64,000 nt of DNA from Candidatus Omnitrophota bacterium. GTDB taxonomy: Bacteria; Omnitrophota; Gorgyraeia; Gygaellales; Profunditerraquicolaceae. A program made the position numbers and the translations under genes. Shown here piece by piece: positions 9,181 to 20,896 of the stretch. The notes below the pieces were generated by a model that worked only from the letters and a program-made list of their open reading frames with translations, did not search any database and had not been told where the DNA came from. Location of the stretch: assembly GCA_023819035.1 (NCBI GenBank), contig JAMWCL010000001.1:66441-130440 (forward strand), in the 5' to 3' direction. The number at the start of each line of letters is the position of its first letter. Position 1 is the stretch's first letter.

Positions 9181-12100
9181 CTATTCTTGCACAACTTTAA
9201 TAACAAAACCTGCGCTATGTGCGCTCATCTCCGGTGCATACATTGACTGTAAAGTAGCAGGACCAATGCGGTATATTCCGGGTTTAGTAGGTCTCAATCT
9301 GTAACGCAAGATATACTCACCATGCGGAAGCCAACTGATGAAGAAATTAGTCAAAGAATCCCGTGGCTCCTCATAAAACCAAAGGGGATCGTATTTCCAA
9401 CCACTTAAAAGCGTCTCAGCTTCAAACCCAGCTGCTTTAAGGTCCTTAAGATGCATATATTCAAATTGGCTTCTTGTATTAATCTTAAGTTGTACTTCTA
9501 TCTGATCGCCAACCGAAACTTCTTCACCGGATTTTATGGGTTTTAGATGATAGGTATCACCTTCCTTTACTCTTCGATAAAATTTACGTTCTAATTCCAG
9601 CATACCGGGGCTTGAGGCCTCAGGGATTTGGTTTGTAGAATATGTCCATGTCATGCTGGCAAAAGCAAGACCTGGACCTTCTTTTTCAATCACAGCTTTA
9701 GACATTTGTGAAGTAATCTCAAAACCCTTTTACTGCCAGCGTAATGGTTCATTTAGCCAGTCATCTGCTTTTACAACTTCAGAGTATGTCTTTTTTCCCC
9801 ATTTTACTCTGAACGTCTCATCGCTGGCTAAAGCACCTTTTTTGTTTAGATAATCAAGGAGGGCATAAATAGCTGCCACTGAGGCCTTAGTAGATTTCCA
9901 GACTGTTCCTTTACGGTTAAAAAGAAGCCATTGCACCATTCCGCGAATAAGTTTATCTTCAGGACGCAACTCCTGTAAAGTGCGCAAGAAAAAGGCATGT
10001 TTTTCAACGCTATCAGAATACCACACCCAAGAATATTTCTCGGGTGTCCAGTAAACACCAGCAATTGGATCCTCCCTAAATCCATCCATTGCCATATCCA
10101 ATATACTTTCAGCTTTCTTTTTGTCTCCTAAGCGAAGATAGGTAAAGCTAAGATAAGCCTTTCCCAATGGTGTCAGTGCATGGATATACCGTTCCAAAAA
10201 TACTACCCAAGACTTAGCTGCCTCATAGCCTTTTTTAGCTTGAGGAAATTCTTTTGGTGAATAGGAAGTTAAAACATATGCGGCATAAGAAACCAGAGAG
10301 AGTTCTCTCTCCTCTGCTTTTAAACTCAAAGGAATCTCTTTATTAACATATTCTAATGCTTTCTCGATTATATCCTTGGGCACCTCAACTCCATAACGCC
10401 TTGCTTCGGCTAATCCTGCAAGTACATAAAGAGTCATATAGGGATCAGGTTCTCCTCCTGGCCACCAGGGAAAGGCACCATTGGCAAGCTGGGCTGCTTT
10501 TAGTTTATTAAAGTTTATTTCTTTTTGCGCCTCAACTATCTTTGGATCAAGCAGATCAATTATTGGCCAAGGAGTAGGACGCCCTTCTGATTGCCAGACC
10601 CAAGGTGTCTCCATTAAAGTCGTCAGTCATCTAGGATCGTCTTTTTCCCAAGGTGGAGTGGGAGTTTTACGCTCAGGAATTTTACTCACTGCTTTCTGGA
10701 TTGCCGGATATTTTTTGTAGACCTCATTGATAATGCTTAAGGGCACATATTTATTCAATATTTGCTCAACACATTCATAAGGATACTCAATAAGAAATGG
10801 TATTGTATTCAATATACTTAAAGCAAGTTGCGGCTCAATTTGAAGCAACATTGACTCGTTAATTATGGTGGGATCATCTTTTAGAGAAATCTCTAATTTT
10901 TTTGATTCACTTCCTGACAATGAAACAAATGCAGATTCAATAAGCCTTTGTCTTGATGGAAGAATAGGTAGTTCTCTTTCCTCAGCATCAGAGAGTTTAT
11001 CGGTTACTGCTGCTACTTGCACCTTGTAAGTACTTACACCTTGGGGTATTTCGATCATCCAGTTAAAGGTGTTCAAGCTATGAGGTTCTATTTTAAAACT
11101 CTTTTTGTTGTCTTTGAGTTTTAAATTTTGATTAATATTTTCTTCGTTTTCAGTTATATCAATGAATAATTCTCCTTCAAGAAGCTGGTCTGATTCATTA
11201 TGCACAATCGCAGTTACTGTGCCTTTGTCTTTTTCTCGGAAGAAGCGTGGTAAGTCTAGCCGTACCATAAGGTCTTTTTTGGTAACCGCCTCTTCAGTTA
11301 AAGTGCCTTCTTTTACATCCTTAGTAAAGGCAAATAGTTTTATCCTCCAACTTGTTAGTTGCTCAGGAGCAATAAAGGAGAATGCACCTGTTCCATCTTT
11401 TTTTGTAACAATATGTGGCTTAAAAAAGGCAGTATCAGCAAATTCCTTTCTTGTCTCTACTTTTTTAGCCGCCTCTTCGTATTTGCCTAATTCAGCTCTA
11501 AATTCGGCTCTAACCTTTCTTACTTCCATGGGAGCAGGAGCAACTTCAACCAAAAACTCTCCTTCCTCACCCTCTACCCAAGTCTTCCAAATGCGCAGAC
11601 CAGGAAGATTGGGTTCTCTTGGCAGCTGGCGAAAGGCTTTAAGCAGTTTCTCAAGCAAACCTTCGGTAATAGGTAAATTTGCTGCATTTTGCTCCTGCAA
11701 AGCATAGGCCCAAGAAAGCGGTGTAGTTCTTAAAGCGTAAAGGCTATCCAACCAGGGATTGTGAGATTCTATGTAATATTCAAGGGAGCGGTCATACATC
11801 AGAGCAAGGACTTCAGATTTTACAGGCTGATTCTCTGCATCACTAATCTTTACTCCCCAGCTAACTTCTTCTCCGGGCTTTAACTCTTTATTAAAAGGTG
11901 TAAGAGCAACCTTTAGTCTCTTCTCTTTCCAAGGAACGGAGATTGTTGCCTGTCCATAAAGAACATCAAATTCTTTTACTCCGAACCAGCGTAAACTAAA
12001 GCCACCTTTCATCTTTTCTGTTACCGGAATTTCAATTAAGCGAACTTTTTGATTACCATCAATAAGTTGATGACTTAAGAGATGCTTTCCTGCCCAGAGT

Positions 12101-15100
12101 TCAATATTATATACTCCACTTCCTAATCCTGAACCAATAACAAATCTGGCTACATCTCCTATTTTGTATTCATCTTTTTCTACTAATGTAACCGAAGCAG
12201 CATTTACGGGAACTACTTCTTTTAAATTTTTTGCCACGACAAAGATTTTACTCTGTTCAACTTCTTTTCCCCATTTATCTTGAGATTTCAGAATAATTCT
12301 ATACGCACCTTGAGATAGAGATGGAATTTTTATTGTGCCTTTGCCTTCTTTATCGTGCTCAACTTTACCATTGGCTACCAATTTTTCATTTGGAACATCC
12401 TTTAATTGAACATCTAATGGTGGTATCCAATGCCAATATCCTCTGTAATCGTCTCCTAAATTTTTGGTAGGAGTATCAGCTAAAGTGAAAACTTCATAAC
12501 TACCTATCCCTGGTGCCGGAGTATCATTGATGGTTAGACATTTCGAATCAATCTCGATTTCCTCTTTTTCTAAGTAGAATCCCTTTTTCGGCTCAATGAC
12601 AAGATAAATGGAATTTTTTCCAGCTTTATAAGTCTCTTGTGCCTGGATAGTTCTTCCCCCAGAATCTCTGGCTTCAACCTCAACTATAAATTGGCTAATC
12701 TCAGGGATATTTCCTCCATAGGTTTGAGAAGGAGTAGGAGTAAAAGGAATAGCAAAATTATCTTGGCTATCGGTCTTGAGCTCACCAGTAGCAATCTCTT
12801 GGGCATACTCAGGGTATTCTCTAAACCAATAACGATAACACCAAGGAATATAAGTTTGCCGTTTAATGCGATATTTAATTGGTGCATCAGGGACTGGTCC
12901 TCCAAAATAATATGTAACCTTTCCTTCAATCTTTACTTGCTCATTATACTTCCAGGCTTCAACAGCAGGTTTTAGGACAATCTCAAATTCTGGTCTTTTA
13001 TATTCTTCCACAGAAAAATAAATACTTGAGCTATTTTCAAAAAGACCATCTTTACATCGAGCACTTAATCTGTATTCACCAAGTAATCTTCCTTTAGGTA
13101 TCTCAAAATTTATATCTGCACTACCAAATTCATTGAGTGAAACATCTTCAGTAAAAAACTCCTCATCATTTGGGTCATAAGCAGAGAAAGTTACAGATTG
13201 CTTATCGCCTAAAGTCCTAAATCCCTCAGACGTTCTCCAAACTATAACTACCTTTGCTTGCACCTTATCTTGCGGTCGGTATATCGGTCTATCTGTTTCG
13301 ATAAAGAGCTCTATTGGACTAGGAGAGGAGTAACTGAGATATTGACTGCGGCTCCAATAAGAAAAGGACTTTTTAGATTTAGCAAGAGGGTCCACATTAT
13401 AATGATTATAAGCACCAGGAGAAACACTAACTGGTAAGGATAAAGAAGTAAATCCTTCTTTATCGGTCTTAAGATTAAAATAATAATCTCTCTTTGAGGA
13501 TTGAGATAAATATGTCCAAACATCTAAGTCTACATTTCCTATAGGTTTTCCTGTTTTGGCATTTAAAGTATAGAAATGAAAACCTTCATCACTAATTTTG
13601 TTAAAACCTTTGCCCTCGATAAAATCATAATAAGCATCTTGTGTCTTGGTAGTAAATCCGGCTGTGCCAATAAGAACAAAATCAGTAACATTGAGAAAAC
13701 AAGCTGAAAGAAGGGAACTGCCTATTTTAAATGAATCATCTGCACAGGCTAAAACTAAATAAATTCCTGTCTCTAATTCTGGTGGACTTACTTTCTGGGT
13801 AATCGATGCATAATCACCAATATCACCAGTTTTGATATTCCATTCTTTATAAGGAGTCTTTTCTGACAAATATGATTTAAGCCAGGAATTTGCCCCATAC
13901 CAATTGAGGTTAAATATATTAGACCAGCCTTCAAATCACTCATAAGCACTACCGTATTCTTTCGCCCGGAAACTAATAAATTCGTCTTTAAGCTCTTCAG
14001 GGGTTACCTGGTAAATACGGAAATAGACTGACTTAAGATTCTTTGTCGTGATAGTAAAGGCATCATTAGCAGGAGGCATAACCGTTTTTGCTTTAAGACT
14101 AAGTTGAGGTATCTGGATCTTTAAACGTAGAGCCTCAGCATAACGACTTCCATGAGTACCCGGAAAATCCCTTTCTATTTTCTCACATAATCTTACCGCC
14201 TCAGCTAACTTGTTAGCATCCTTCAATATTACCGCAGTCTCATAGCCTGCTTCTGCTTTAGCTTCGCTTGTTTTAAATTTTTCCATCCATTTAAGAAGAA
14301 TATTCTTAGCGCGTTCTTTGTATTCCTGCAAATCTTTATCCTCATATAAAGTTTTATCTTCAGTTAACTCTCTTAAATCAAATAAATTGGGATATTTTAA
14401 AGGAAGCAAAATTCGTTTTATCTTCCACCTTTCAGCTGCTTCAAAACGGCCTTTTTGGCTAAATCTGTTTGCTTCTTCCAAAAGTTGCGCTGCAGTTAAT
14501 GCCGGCGAATCATCTAAATTAACTGACTGTTTAAATTCTTCAACTAAAAGTAAGTCTGCCTTAGGTTTAAATGCCCCTTCACTTAAATTTGGAGCCTCTA
14601 CATTTAACAGAAAATTAGTCCAGCTTAAAATCAAATAATCAAACAGGGTAGGATACATGCCAAAATCAATATCTTTAATATCAAGAAAATATTCTTCCTT
14701 TCTTATATCCATCATTACAAGTTCATTTCGCAATTCCCAAAGCTGTTTGTAAGCTTTTCTAATTTCACCTTTTATCTCATCAGGGGTTAAGCGGAAAACA
14801 CTACCCTCCTCCCCATCTATGACATTACCTCTTAGGAGAGATGAATACCGCATTAAAAAATTCCTAAGTATCTCGGCTTTAAGAATTAGGATATGTGCAC
14901 GATGTGGCATTGTTTGGGGCACAGGTGTAGAAATCAATTTTTCTGCTGCTTCCCCATAGCGGAAAAGATGGATCAAAGACTCGCAGATTCTAAAAAATGC
15001 CTTCCAGCGTATCTCAGTATCAGTAGCCTCCTTATTAAATACCAGTTCATACTCCTTCAACGCTTCCTGAAATATCCCTTTATCAAACAATTCATCGGCC

Positions 15101-15192
15101 TTTTTTATGTCAGAAGCCAAACTAATTTCCTTAAGCAAAAGACCTAAAAATAATCCTAGCATAACATATTTACAAATTTTTCTCATCGGCAC
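9181..15192 (-). pseudogene. Bacterial alpha-2-macroglobulin (~2000 codons) interrupted by three in-frame stops; split into four ORFs in the track
   Basis: Signal peptide; MG2 TDRPIYRP; EEYKRPEFE; thioester YPYECVEQ (Cys codon 10773-10771); QLANGAFPWWPGG..YMTLYV; C-terminal A2M motif ATLQSMYAPE. All four ORFs share one frame; stops TGA 13936-13938, TGA 10627-10629, TAA 9730-9732. Confidence 0.85.
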
Positions 15193-15227
15193 TCTTTTAT
15201 AGGGAATTGCTACTATCTAATTTTTAA

Positions 15228-16232
15228 CTAAAAAGGGGGTGTGGGATATTCTTCTTCTATCTCACCAACGATCTCTTCCAAAAGATCCTCTAAGGTGACC
15301 AAACCCAAGGTTTTCTTATTTTCATCTACTACAATCGCAATCTGGATCTTTTTTAGTTGAAATTCTTTTAAAAGCTCATTAACCCGCATCTTGTAGGACG
15401 CATAGTAAGCTGGACGCACAAGGTCAGAGGTTAAAAATAAGTTCTTATCCCTTATGGTATAAAGGAGATCGCGGGCATAGATTATACCTACAATATTATC
15501 AATAGACTCTTCGTATACCGGTAAGCGCGCATGCCCTTCCTCCACAAAGATATCTAGTAGTTGTTGAGGTACCACTTTTATATTTACCGCAATCATCCTT
15601 TCCTTAGGTACCATCACATCCACTACCCTTGTATCCCCAAATTCAAAGATGCGATGAAGCATTCTTCTTGCTTCCTCACTTAAAACACCCTCTTCCTTAC
15701 CCACCTCAATCATTGTCCTTAATTCTTCTTCGGTTATAAGCGGAGACCTCTTTACCGGACCGATCCTTAATATTTTTAAAATAAAATTACCGGTTGAGGT
15801 GAAAATAAAGATAAAGGGATAAAATAACTGGATAAATCTTTCCATAAAAGGAGCGGTAAAAACAGCAATCTTTTCTGTATGCTTGGTAGCTAATATCTTA
15901 GGGGTTATCTCACACATAATAAGCACAAAAAAGGTTGAACTAAACGTAGCAATAACTACACCCCAATGATAACCAAACCACCTTACAAATATTGCGGTTA
16001 CAATTGCAGAGATAGCGATATTTACAAAGTCATTACCGATTAATATAGCAGCGATAAATCTATCCAGTTTAGTAAGTAAATGCTGAATCGAATAAGCCTT
16101 CTTTATCCCTTTATCAATCATATGCCTTAGCTTTATTTTACTTAAACCAATTATCGCGGTTTCCGAAGCTGAAAAGAAAAATGAGAAAATAGATAAGATA
16201 AATAAAAGTATTAATAAGGCTAAGATATTCAT
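15228..16232 (-). CDS. CNNM/CorB (hemolysin TlyC-like) membrane protein with a CBS pair, lacking the C-terminal CorC domain
   Basis: FFSASETA, ILIGNDFVN, CEITPK, VMVP, HARLPVY, GLVTLEDLLEEIVGEIEEE and then ends. Confidence 0.88.
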   Translation of the reverse strand: MNILALLILLFILSIFSFFFSASETAIIGLSKIKLRHMIDKGIKKAYSIQHLLTKLDRFIAAILIGNDFVNIAISAIVTAIFVRWFGYHWGVVIATFSSTFFVLIMCEITPKILATKHTEKIAVFTAPFMERFIQLFYPFIFIFTSTGNFILKILRIGPVKRSPLITEEELRTMIEVGKEEGVLSEEARRMLHRIFEFGDTRVVDVMVPKERMIAVNIKVVPQQLLDIFVEEGHARLPVYEESIDNIVGIIYARDLLYTIRDKNLFLTSDLVRPAYYASYKMRVNELLKEFQLKKIQIAIVVDENKKTLGLVTLEDLLEEIVGEIEEEYPTPPF

Positions 16233-16241
16233 TATTTAATT

Positions 16242-17516
16242 TTAAAAAGAGAGTTTCTTAAGAATCTCTTCCTCTTTATCCTTTAAAGGCCCGATAAGAG
16301 CAAGTTTCAGTCTTTCCTGTTTAAAGAGAAGCTTAGCCACCTCTCTTATCTGCTGGGGTGTGATTTTTTCTAACTGCTTAACTGTATCTTCGAAAGTATA
16401 TATCCTATCCAAGGTAGTAAGCATCTCACCTACCCAGAGCATATTATCTAAGGTATCTTCCAGGGTAAGCATTAATTGTCCGAGGTAGAACTCTTTTGCC
16501 CGCTTAAATTCATTATCGCTTACCAGGCTTTCTTTTATCTTCTTTAACTCTTTTAAGATTAATTCTATCGCCTGTATTACCTTCTGGTTATCAACCCCTG
16601 CATGCACAACGAATGCTCCCGTATCGTAGAAACGCTTTAATTGTGTACCAATCTCATAAGCCAAGCCTCTTTTTTCTCTTAATTCATTAAAGAGACGACT
16701 GGACATATTGGCTCCTAAGATAATATGCAATAAAGATAAAGCATATCTCAAAGGATGGTTTCTTTTTAAACCATAAAATCCTAATGCTAAATGCGTCTGT
16801 TCTGTTTCTTTGGGAAGTAATTTTAATCTAGGTTCATTAAGGTTTTGGTCTGCTTTTTTAAAAGTACTATTTTTACCCGCAATAAAAAAGGAAAATCTTT
16901 CCTCTACCATCTTTATAAATTTATCTTGGTTAAGATTGCCCACCGCACTTACTGTAATATTTTTAGGATTATAATAATCATTCTTAAAGCGGAGGAGATC
17001 TTTTCTTTGTATTCTGGTTACTGACTCCATAGTCCCTACTACGGGCATACCTAAGGGATGCCTTGGCCAAAGTAACTCATTTAAAAGTTCATGCACATAA
17101 AGCTGGGGTAGATCCTTATACATCTTTATCTCTTCTAATATCACGGTTCTTTCCTTTTCAATATCCTGGGGTTCTAAAAGAGCATCTATAACCATATCAG
17201 AAAGGATATCCAGGGCAGTCTTTATATAATCTGAGGGTAACCTAACCAGATAACAGGTTAATTCTTCAGAGGTAAATCCATTTAAAGAGCCACCTACACC
17301 CTCAATTGATTCTTTAATTCTTTGACAAGAATATTTTTTTGTACCTTTAAAAGCGAGATGTTCGAAGAAATGGGAGATACCCTTAAACCCTGCTTCTTCA
17401 TACCTTCCGCCCACCTTTATCCAGATACCTAAAGCCACTGATTTCATGGCGGGCATATTAGAAGTAACAATCCTTAAATGGTTATTTAATGTTGTTATTA
17501 TATATTCCTGCTTCAT
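16242..17516 (-). CDS. M16 (pitrilysin-family) zinc peptidase
   Basis: HFFEH (HxxEH), LNGFTS, MSSRLFNELREKRGLAY. Confidence 0.93.
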   Translation of the reverse strand: MKQEYIITTLNNHLRIVTSNMPAMKSVALGIWIKVGGRYEEAGFKGISHFFEHLAFKGTKKYSCQRIKESIEGVGGSLNGFTSEELTCYLVRLPSDYIKTALDILSDMVIDALLEPQDIEKERTVILEEIKMYKDLPQLYVHELLNELLWPRHPLGMPVVGTMESVTRIQRKDLLRFKNDYYNPKNITVSAVGNLNQDKFIKMVEERFSFFIAGKNSTFKKADQNLNEPRLKLLPKETEQTHLALGFYGLKRNHPLRYALSLLHIILGANMSSRLFNELREKRGLAYEIGTQLKRFYDTGAFVVHAGVDNQKVIQAIELILKELKKIKESLVSDNEFKRAKEFYLGQLMLTLEDTLDNMLWVGEMLTTLDRIYTFEDTVKQLEKITPQQIREVAKLLFKQERLKLALIGPLKDKEEEILKKLSF

Positions 17517-18301
17517 CTTCCTTTAAGAGTCTCAACAAATTTAATAACCTTTTTGAGTAAATATTTTTTATCAAGGTTGTCCTTAATCTTTTTGATAATT
17601 GCACTGCCCACAATTACCCCGTCAGCAAATTGATATATTTGTTTAACCTGCGAAGGATTAGAGATACCAAAACCTACACATACGGGTTTAGAGGTATATC
17701 TCTTAATTAATCTTAGATTTTTAATCAAATCTGAAGCTAAGATATTCCGCGGTCCGGTAACCCCGGTTAAAGAAATATAATAGATAAATCCCTTTGCTAA
17801 TCTTAGAATAAATCTTAGGCGCTTTAGGGTAGTGGTAGGAGCAACAAAAAGTATGGTATCTAAGCCTTCTTTCTCCGCTTCTCTGATAAAAGCTCTACCC
17901 TCCTCAACAGGAAGGTCAGGGACAATTAAACCATCTACCCCGCACTGTCTTGCTTTTTTAAAGAACCTCTTTTGTCCAAAGCAGAATATAGGATTGTAAT
18001 AGGACATAAGACAGATAGGAATCTGGATATCTCTGCGCACCCTTTTTACTAAATCTAATATATTGTTAAGATTAGTTTTTTTCTTTAAAGCAATTTCAGA
18101 AGCTTCTTGAATTATCGGACCATCCGCTAAAGGATCAGAAAAAGGAACCCCTAACTCTAAGATATCCACCCCTATCCTATCGAATTCAAAGATCAATCTT
18201 TTGGTTAATTTTAAATCCGGATAGCCTGCAGTAATAAAAACAATAAAAGCCTTTTTGCCCTTTCTTTTTAACTCTCTAAACTTAACCTCTATCCTGTTCA
18301 T
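17513..18301 (-). CDS. trpA: Tryptophan synthase alpha
   Basis: ELGVPFSDPLADGPIIQ, GVTG, VGFGIS, DGVIVGSA. Confidence 0.97.
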   Translation of the reverse strand: MNRIEVKFRELKRKGKKAFIVFITAGYPDLKLTKRLIFEFDRIGVDILELGVPFSDPLADGPIIQEASEIALKKKTNLNNILDLVKRVRRDIQIPICLMSYYNPIFCFGQKRFFKKARQCGVDGLIVPDLPVEEGRAFIREAEKEGLDTILFVAPTTTLKRLRFILRLAKGFIYYISLTGVTGPRNILASDLIKNLRLIKRYTSKPVCVGFGISNPSQVKQIYQFADGVIVGSAIIKKIKDNLDKKYLLKKVIKFVETLKGR

Positions 18302-19479
18302 TATAATCTTAATTTATTGGCTACAATATAGGTATCCTTATCTCCCCTTCCAGAAAGACAGACAACAATAACAGAATCTTTTTTTATTCTTTTGCTAAGT
18401 ATCTTTAAATAATATATCGCATGTGCTGGCTCAAGGGCAGGGATTATTCCTTCGGTCTGGGAAAGTAATCTAAAACCTTCTAATGCCTGCTGATCATTCA
18501 CTGCGACATAACTTGCCCTACCAATCCTTTTATAGTAAGCATGCTCTGGACCTACCCCCGGATAATCTAAGCCAGCAGCGATAGAATGGGCTGTCTTAAT
18601 CTGACCAAATCTATCTTCTAAAAGATCAGATTTTGAACCATGTAAGATCCCCGGTCTTCCTGCCACTAATGTAGCAGCATGCCTTCCTGAACTTAATCCT
18701 AATCCGGCAGCTTCTACCCCAATGAATTTTACCTCTTTATCTTTAAAAAAAGGATAAAAAAGCCCCATGGCATTACTGCCTCCCCCTACACAAGCAATCA
18801 GATAATCAGGAAGCCTTTTTTCTTTTTCTAAGATTTGTTTTTTTGTTTCTTTACCAATTACCGATTGAAAGTCCCTGACTATCATCGGATAAGGATGGGG
18901 GCCTGCTACACTTCCGATAATATAATGGGTAGTGACTACATTAGTAACCCAGTCACGAATCGCCTCATTCATGGCATCCTTTAAAGTCTTTGAGCCTGTA
19001 TTTACCGCTAAAACATTCGCTCCTAACAATCTCATCCTGAAGACATTAAGTCTTTGGCGCTCAATGTCGTGCGCACCCATATAGATATCGCATCTTAAAC
19101 CAAAAAGGGCAGATACCGTAGCGGTAGCTACACCATGCTGACCTGCTCCAGTCTCAGCAATGATGCGCGATTTTTTCATCCTTAAAGCCAAAAGAACCTG
19201 ACCTAAGGTATTATTTATTTTATGGGCGCCGGTATGAAGTAAATCCTCCCTTTTAAGATATACCCTCACCCCCAAGTATCTACTTAAATTTTTTGCAAAA
19301 TATAAGGGTGTCGGCCTTCCCGCATATTCTTTAAGATAATAATTAAGCTCCTGAATAAATCCTTTATCACGTCTTGCCTTTTTATATTCTTTCTCTAATT
19401 CCTCTAAAGCATACATTAATGTCTCAGGAACGAATCTTCCCCCAAATTCACCAAAATGACCTTTCTTATCCGGTAACAT
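18301..19479 (-). CDS. trpB: Tryptophan synthase beta
   Basis: [37 protein letters not shown]. Confidence 0.98.
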   Translation of the reverse strand: MLPDKKGHFGEFGGRFVPETLMYALEELEKEYKKARRDKGFIQELNYYLKEYAGRPTPLYFAKNLSRYLGVRVYLKREDLLHTGAHKINNTLGQVLLALRMKKSRIIAETGAGQHGVATATVSALFGLRCDIYMGAHDIERQRLNVFRMRLLGANVLAVNTGSKTLKDAMNEAIRDWVTNVVTTHYIIGSVAGPHPYPMIVRDFQSVIGKETKKQILEKEKRLPDYLIACVGGGSNAMGLFYPFFKDKEVKFIGVEAAGLGLSSGRHAATLVAGRPGILHGSKSDLLEDRFGQIKTAHSIAAGLDYPGVGPEHAYYKRIGRASYVAVNDQQALEGFRLLSQTEGIIPALEPAHAIYYLKILSKRIKKDSVIVVCLSGRGDKDTYIVANKLRL

Positions 19480-19487
19480 AAAAACCC

Positions 19488-20114
19488 TTATATTTTAATT
19501 GCCTTTACTGCCTTTATGAATCTTATAATCTTATGCGGATCTTTCTTGCCTGGCTTTATCTCTAAAGAACTTGAGACATCTACCCAGTCAGGTCTAATAA
19601 GCTTTATTGCTTCTTTTACATTTCTTAGATCTAAGCCTCCCGATAAAAAGATAGGTTTTCTAATCTTGTCTCTAATTGCCTTTAATAAATCCCAATTAAA
19701 ATGCTTACCCGTTCCTCCCGATTTAGATTTTACAAAGGTATCAAATAGGTAGGCAGAGGTATTATAACTTAAGATCTCCGATAAATCTATGCGGTCTTTT
19801 ATCCTAAATGCCTTAATCACCGGATAATCTTTAAATTGCTGGCAAAACCGGGGAGATTCATCTCCATGAAACTGCAGGAGATCAAGCTTGCAAATCCTGG
19901 CAATATCCTTTATTATCTTTTCTTTGGCATTTACAAATACCCCAATCTTTTTAATCTTTTTAGGTAGGTTTCTAATTATCTGCTTTGCCCTTTGGGCAGA
20001 GATATAACGTGGGCTCTTTTTATAGAAGATAAATCCTAAGGCATGGCAACCCGCATTAATTGAGGTTAAGGCATCCGATAAATTAGTTATTCCACATATC
20101 TTTATCTTTACCAT
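19488..20114 (-). CDS. trpF: Phosphoribosylanthranilate isomerase
   Basis: [28 protein letters not shown]. Confidence 0.96.
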   Translation of the reverse strand: MVKIKICGITNLSDALTSINAGCHALGFIFYKKSPRYISAQRAKQIIRNLPKKIKKIGVFVNAKEKIIKDIARICKLDLLQFHGDESPRFCQQFKDYPVIKAFRIKDRIDLSEILSYNTSAYLFDTFVKSKSGGTGKHFNWDLLKAIRDKIRKPIFLSGGLDLRNVKEAIKLIRPDWVDVSSSLEIKPGKKDPHKIIRFIKAVKAIKI

Positions 20115-20896
20115 CCCATAAGTTCCTCTATTCTTCTTCTTATATCCTCTGCTTCCATAATTGCTTCACCAATTAATACTGCATTTACTCCTAAGAGCTT
20201 CAAAAATAAAACATCCTGGTGGGTTCTTATTCCGCTTTCTACTACTACCACCTTATCCTTGGGGATTAAGGGATAAAGCCTTTCCGTAGTTTTTAGATCA
20301 ACCTCTAAGGTATGTAGATCCCGATTATTTATCCCGATTAAAGAAGCTTTTAAGGATAAAACCTTCTTTAATTCTTTTTCATCATGAACCTCAACGAGGG
20401 TCTCAAGACCAATCTCTTTAGCTAAATCCATTAATTCTTTTAACCTCTCTTTTGATAAAACAGTAGCGATTAAAAGTACCGCATCCGCACCATAGAAGCG
20501 CGATTCATATATCTGATATGGCTCAAGGATAAAATCTTTCCTAAGCATAGGTAATTTTATCTCTTTTTTAATCTCTGCTAAGGTTAAGATACTTCCTCCA
20601 AAATAATCCTCTTCCGTTAATACCGAGATCGCCTGAACACCTGCGTCTTGATAGATTCTAGCAATCTCTAATGGATTAAAGTTATTGCGGATTATTCCTT
20701 TGGAAGGGGATTGTTTTTTAATCTCAGCGATTAAAGAGATAAAATGGGGCTTTAAGATCGCTTTAATAAAAGGGTTAGTAGGCTTAAGCTCCTTAATCCT
20801 TTCCTTTAATTCCTCCTCAGGTAAATTCTGTTTAGCTAAAATGATCCTTTCTTTTTTCTTGATAATTATCTCTTTTAAAATATCCTTTTTTTTCAT
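20108..20896 (-). CDS. trpC: Indole-3-glycerol-phosphate synthase
   Basis: IAEIKKQSPSKG, SVLTE, LRKDFI, LVEVH, GINNRDL, ESGI. Confidence 0.97.
   Translation of the reverse strand: MKKKDILKEIIIKKKERIILAKQNLPEEELKERIKELKPTNPFIKAILKPHFISLIAEIKKQSPSKGIIRNNFNPLEIARIYQDAGVQAISVLTEEDYFGGSILTLAEIKKEIKLPMLRKDFILEPYQIYESRFYGADAVLLIATVLSKERLKELMDLAKEIGLETLVEVHDEKELKKVLSLKASLIGINNRDLHTLEVDLKTTERLYPLIPKDKVVVVESGIRTHQDVLFLKLLGVNAVLIGEAIMEAEDIRRRIEELMGW

Noticed and set aside
10580-10629. Selenocysteine insertion at the A2M TGA codons
   Set aside because: Only a weak 4-bp stem follows the second TGA and none follows the first. The positions are not the thioester Cys, and TAA cannot encode Sec.
11162-11707. 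181-aa plus-strand ORF and the other plus-strand track ORFs (e.g. 12637-12975, 35524-35838, 40107-40445, 52853-53251)
   Set aside because: They are Ser/Phe/Leu-rich antisense shadows lying wholly or almost wholly inside conserved minus-strand genes, with no recognisable motifs.
9181-15192. Genome-wide alternative genetic code (TGA = Trp/Gly) as the explanation for the A2M stops
   Set aside because: TGA is the true stop of murA, trpA, polA, cooF and infB (ATGA overlaps at the expected protein ends), no other gene has an internal TGA, and the third A2M stop is TAA.
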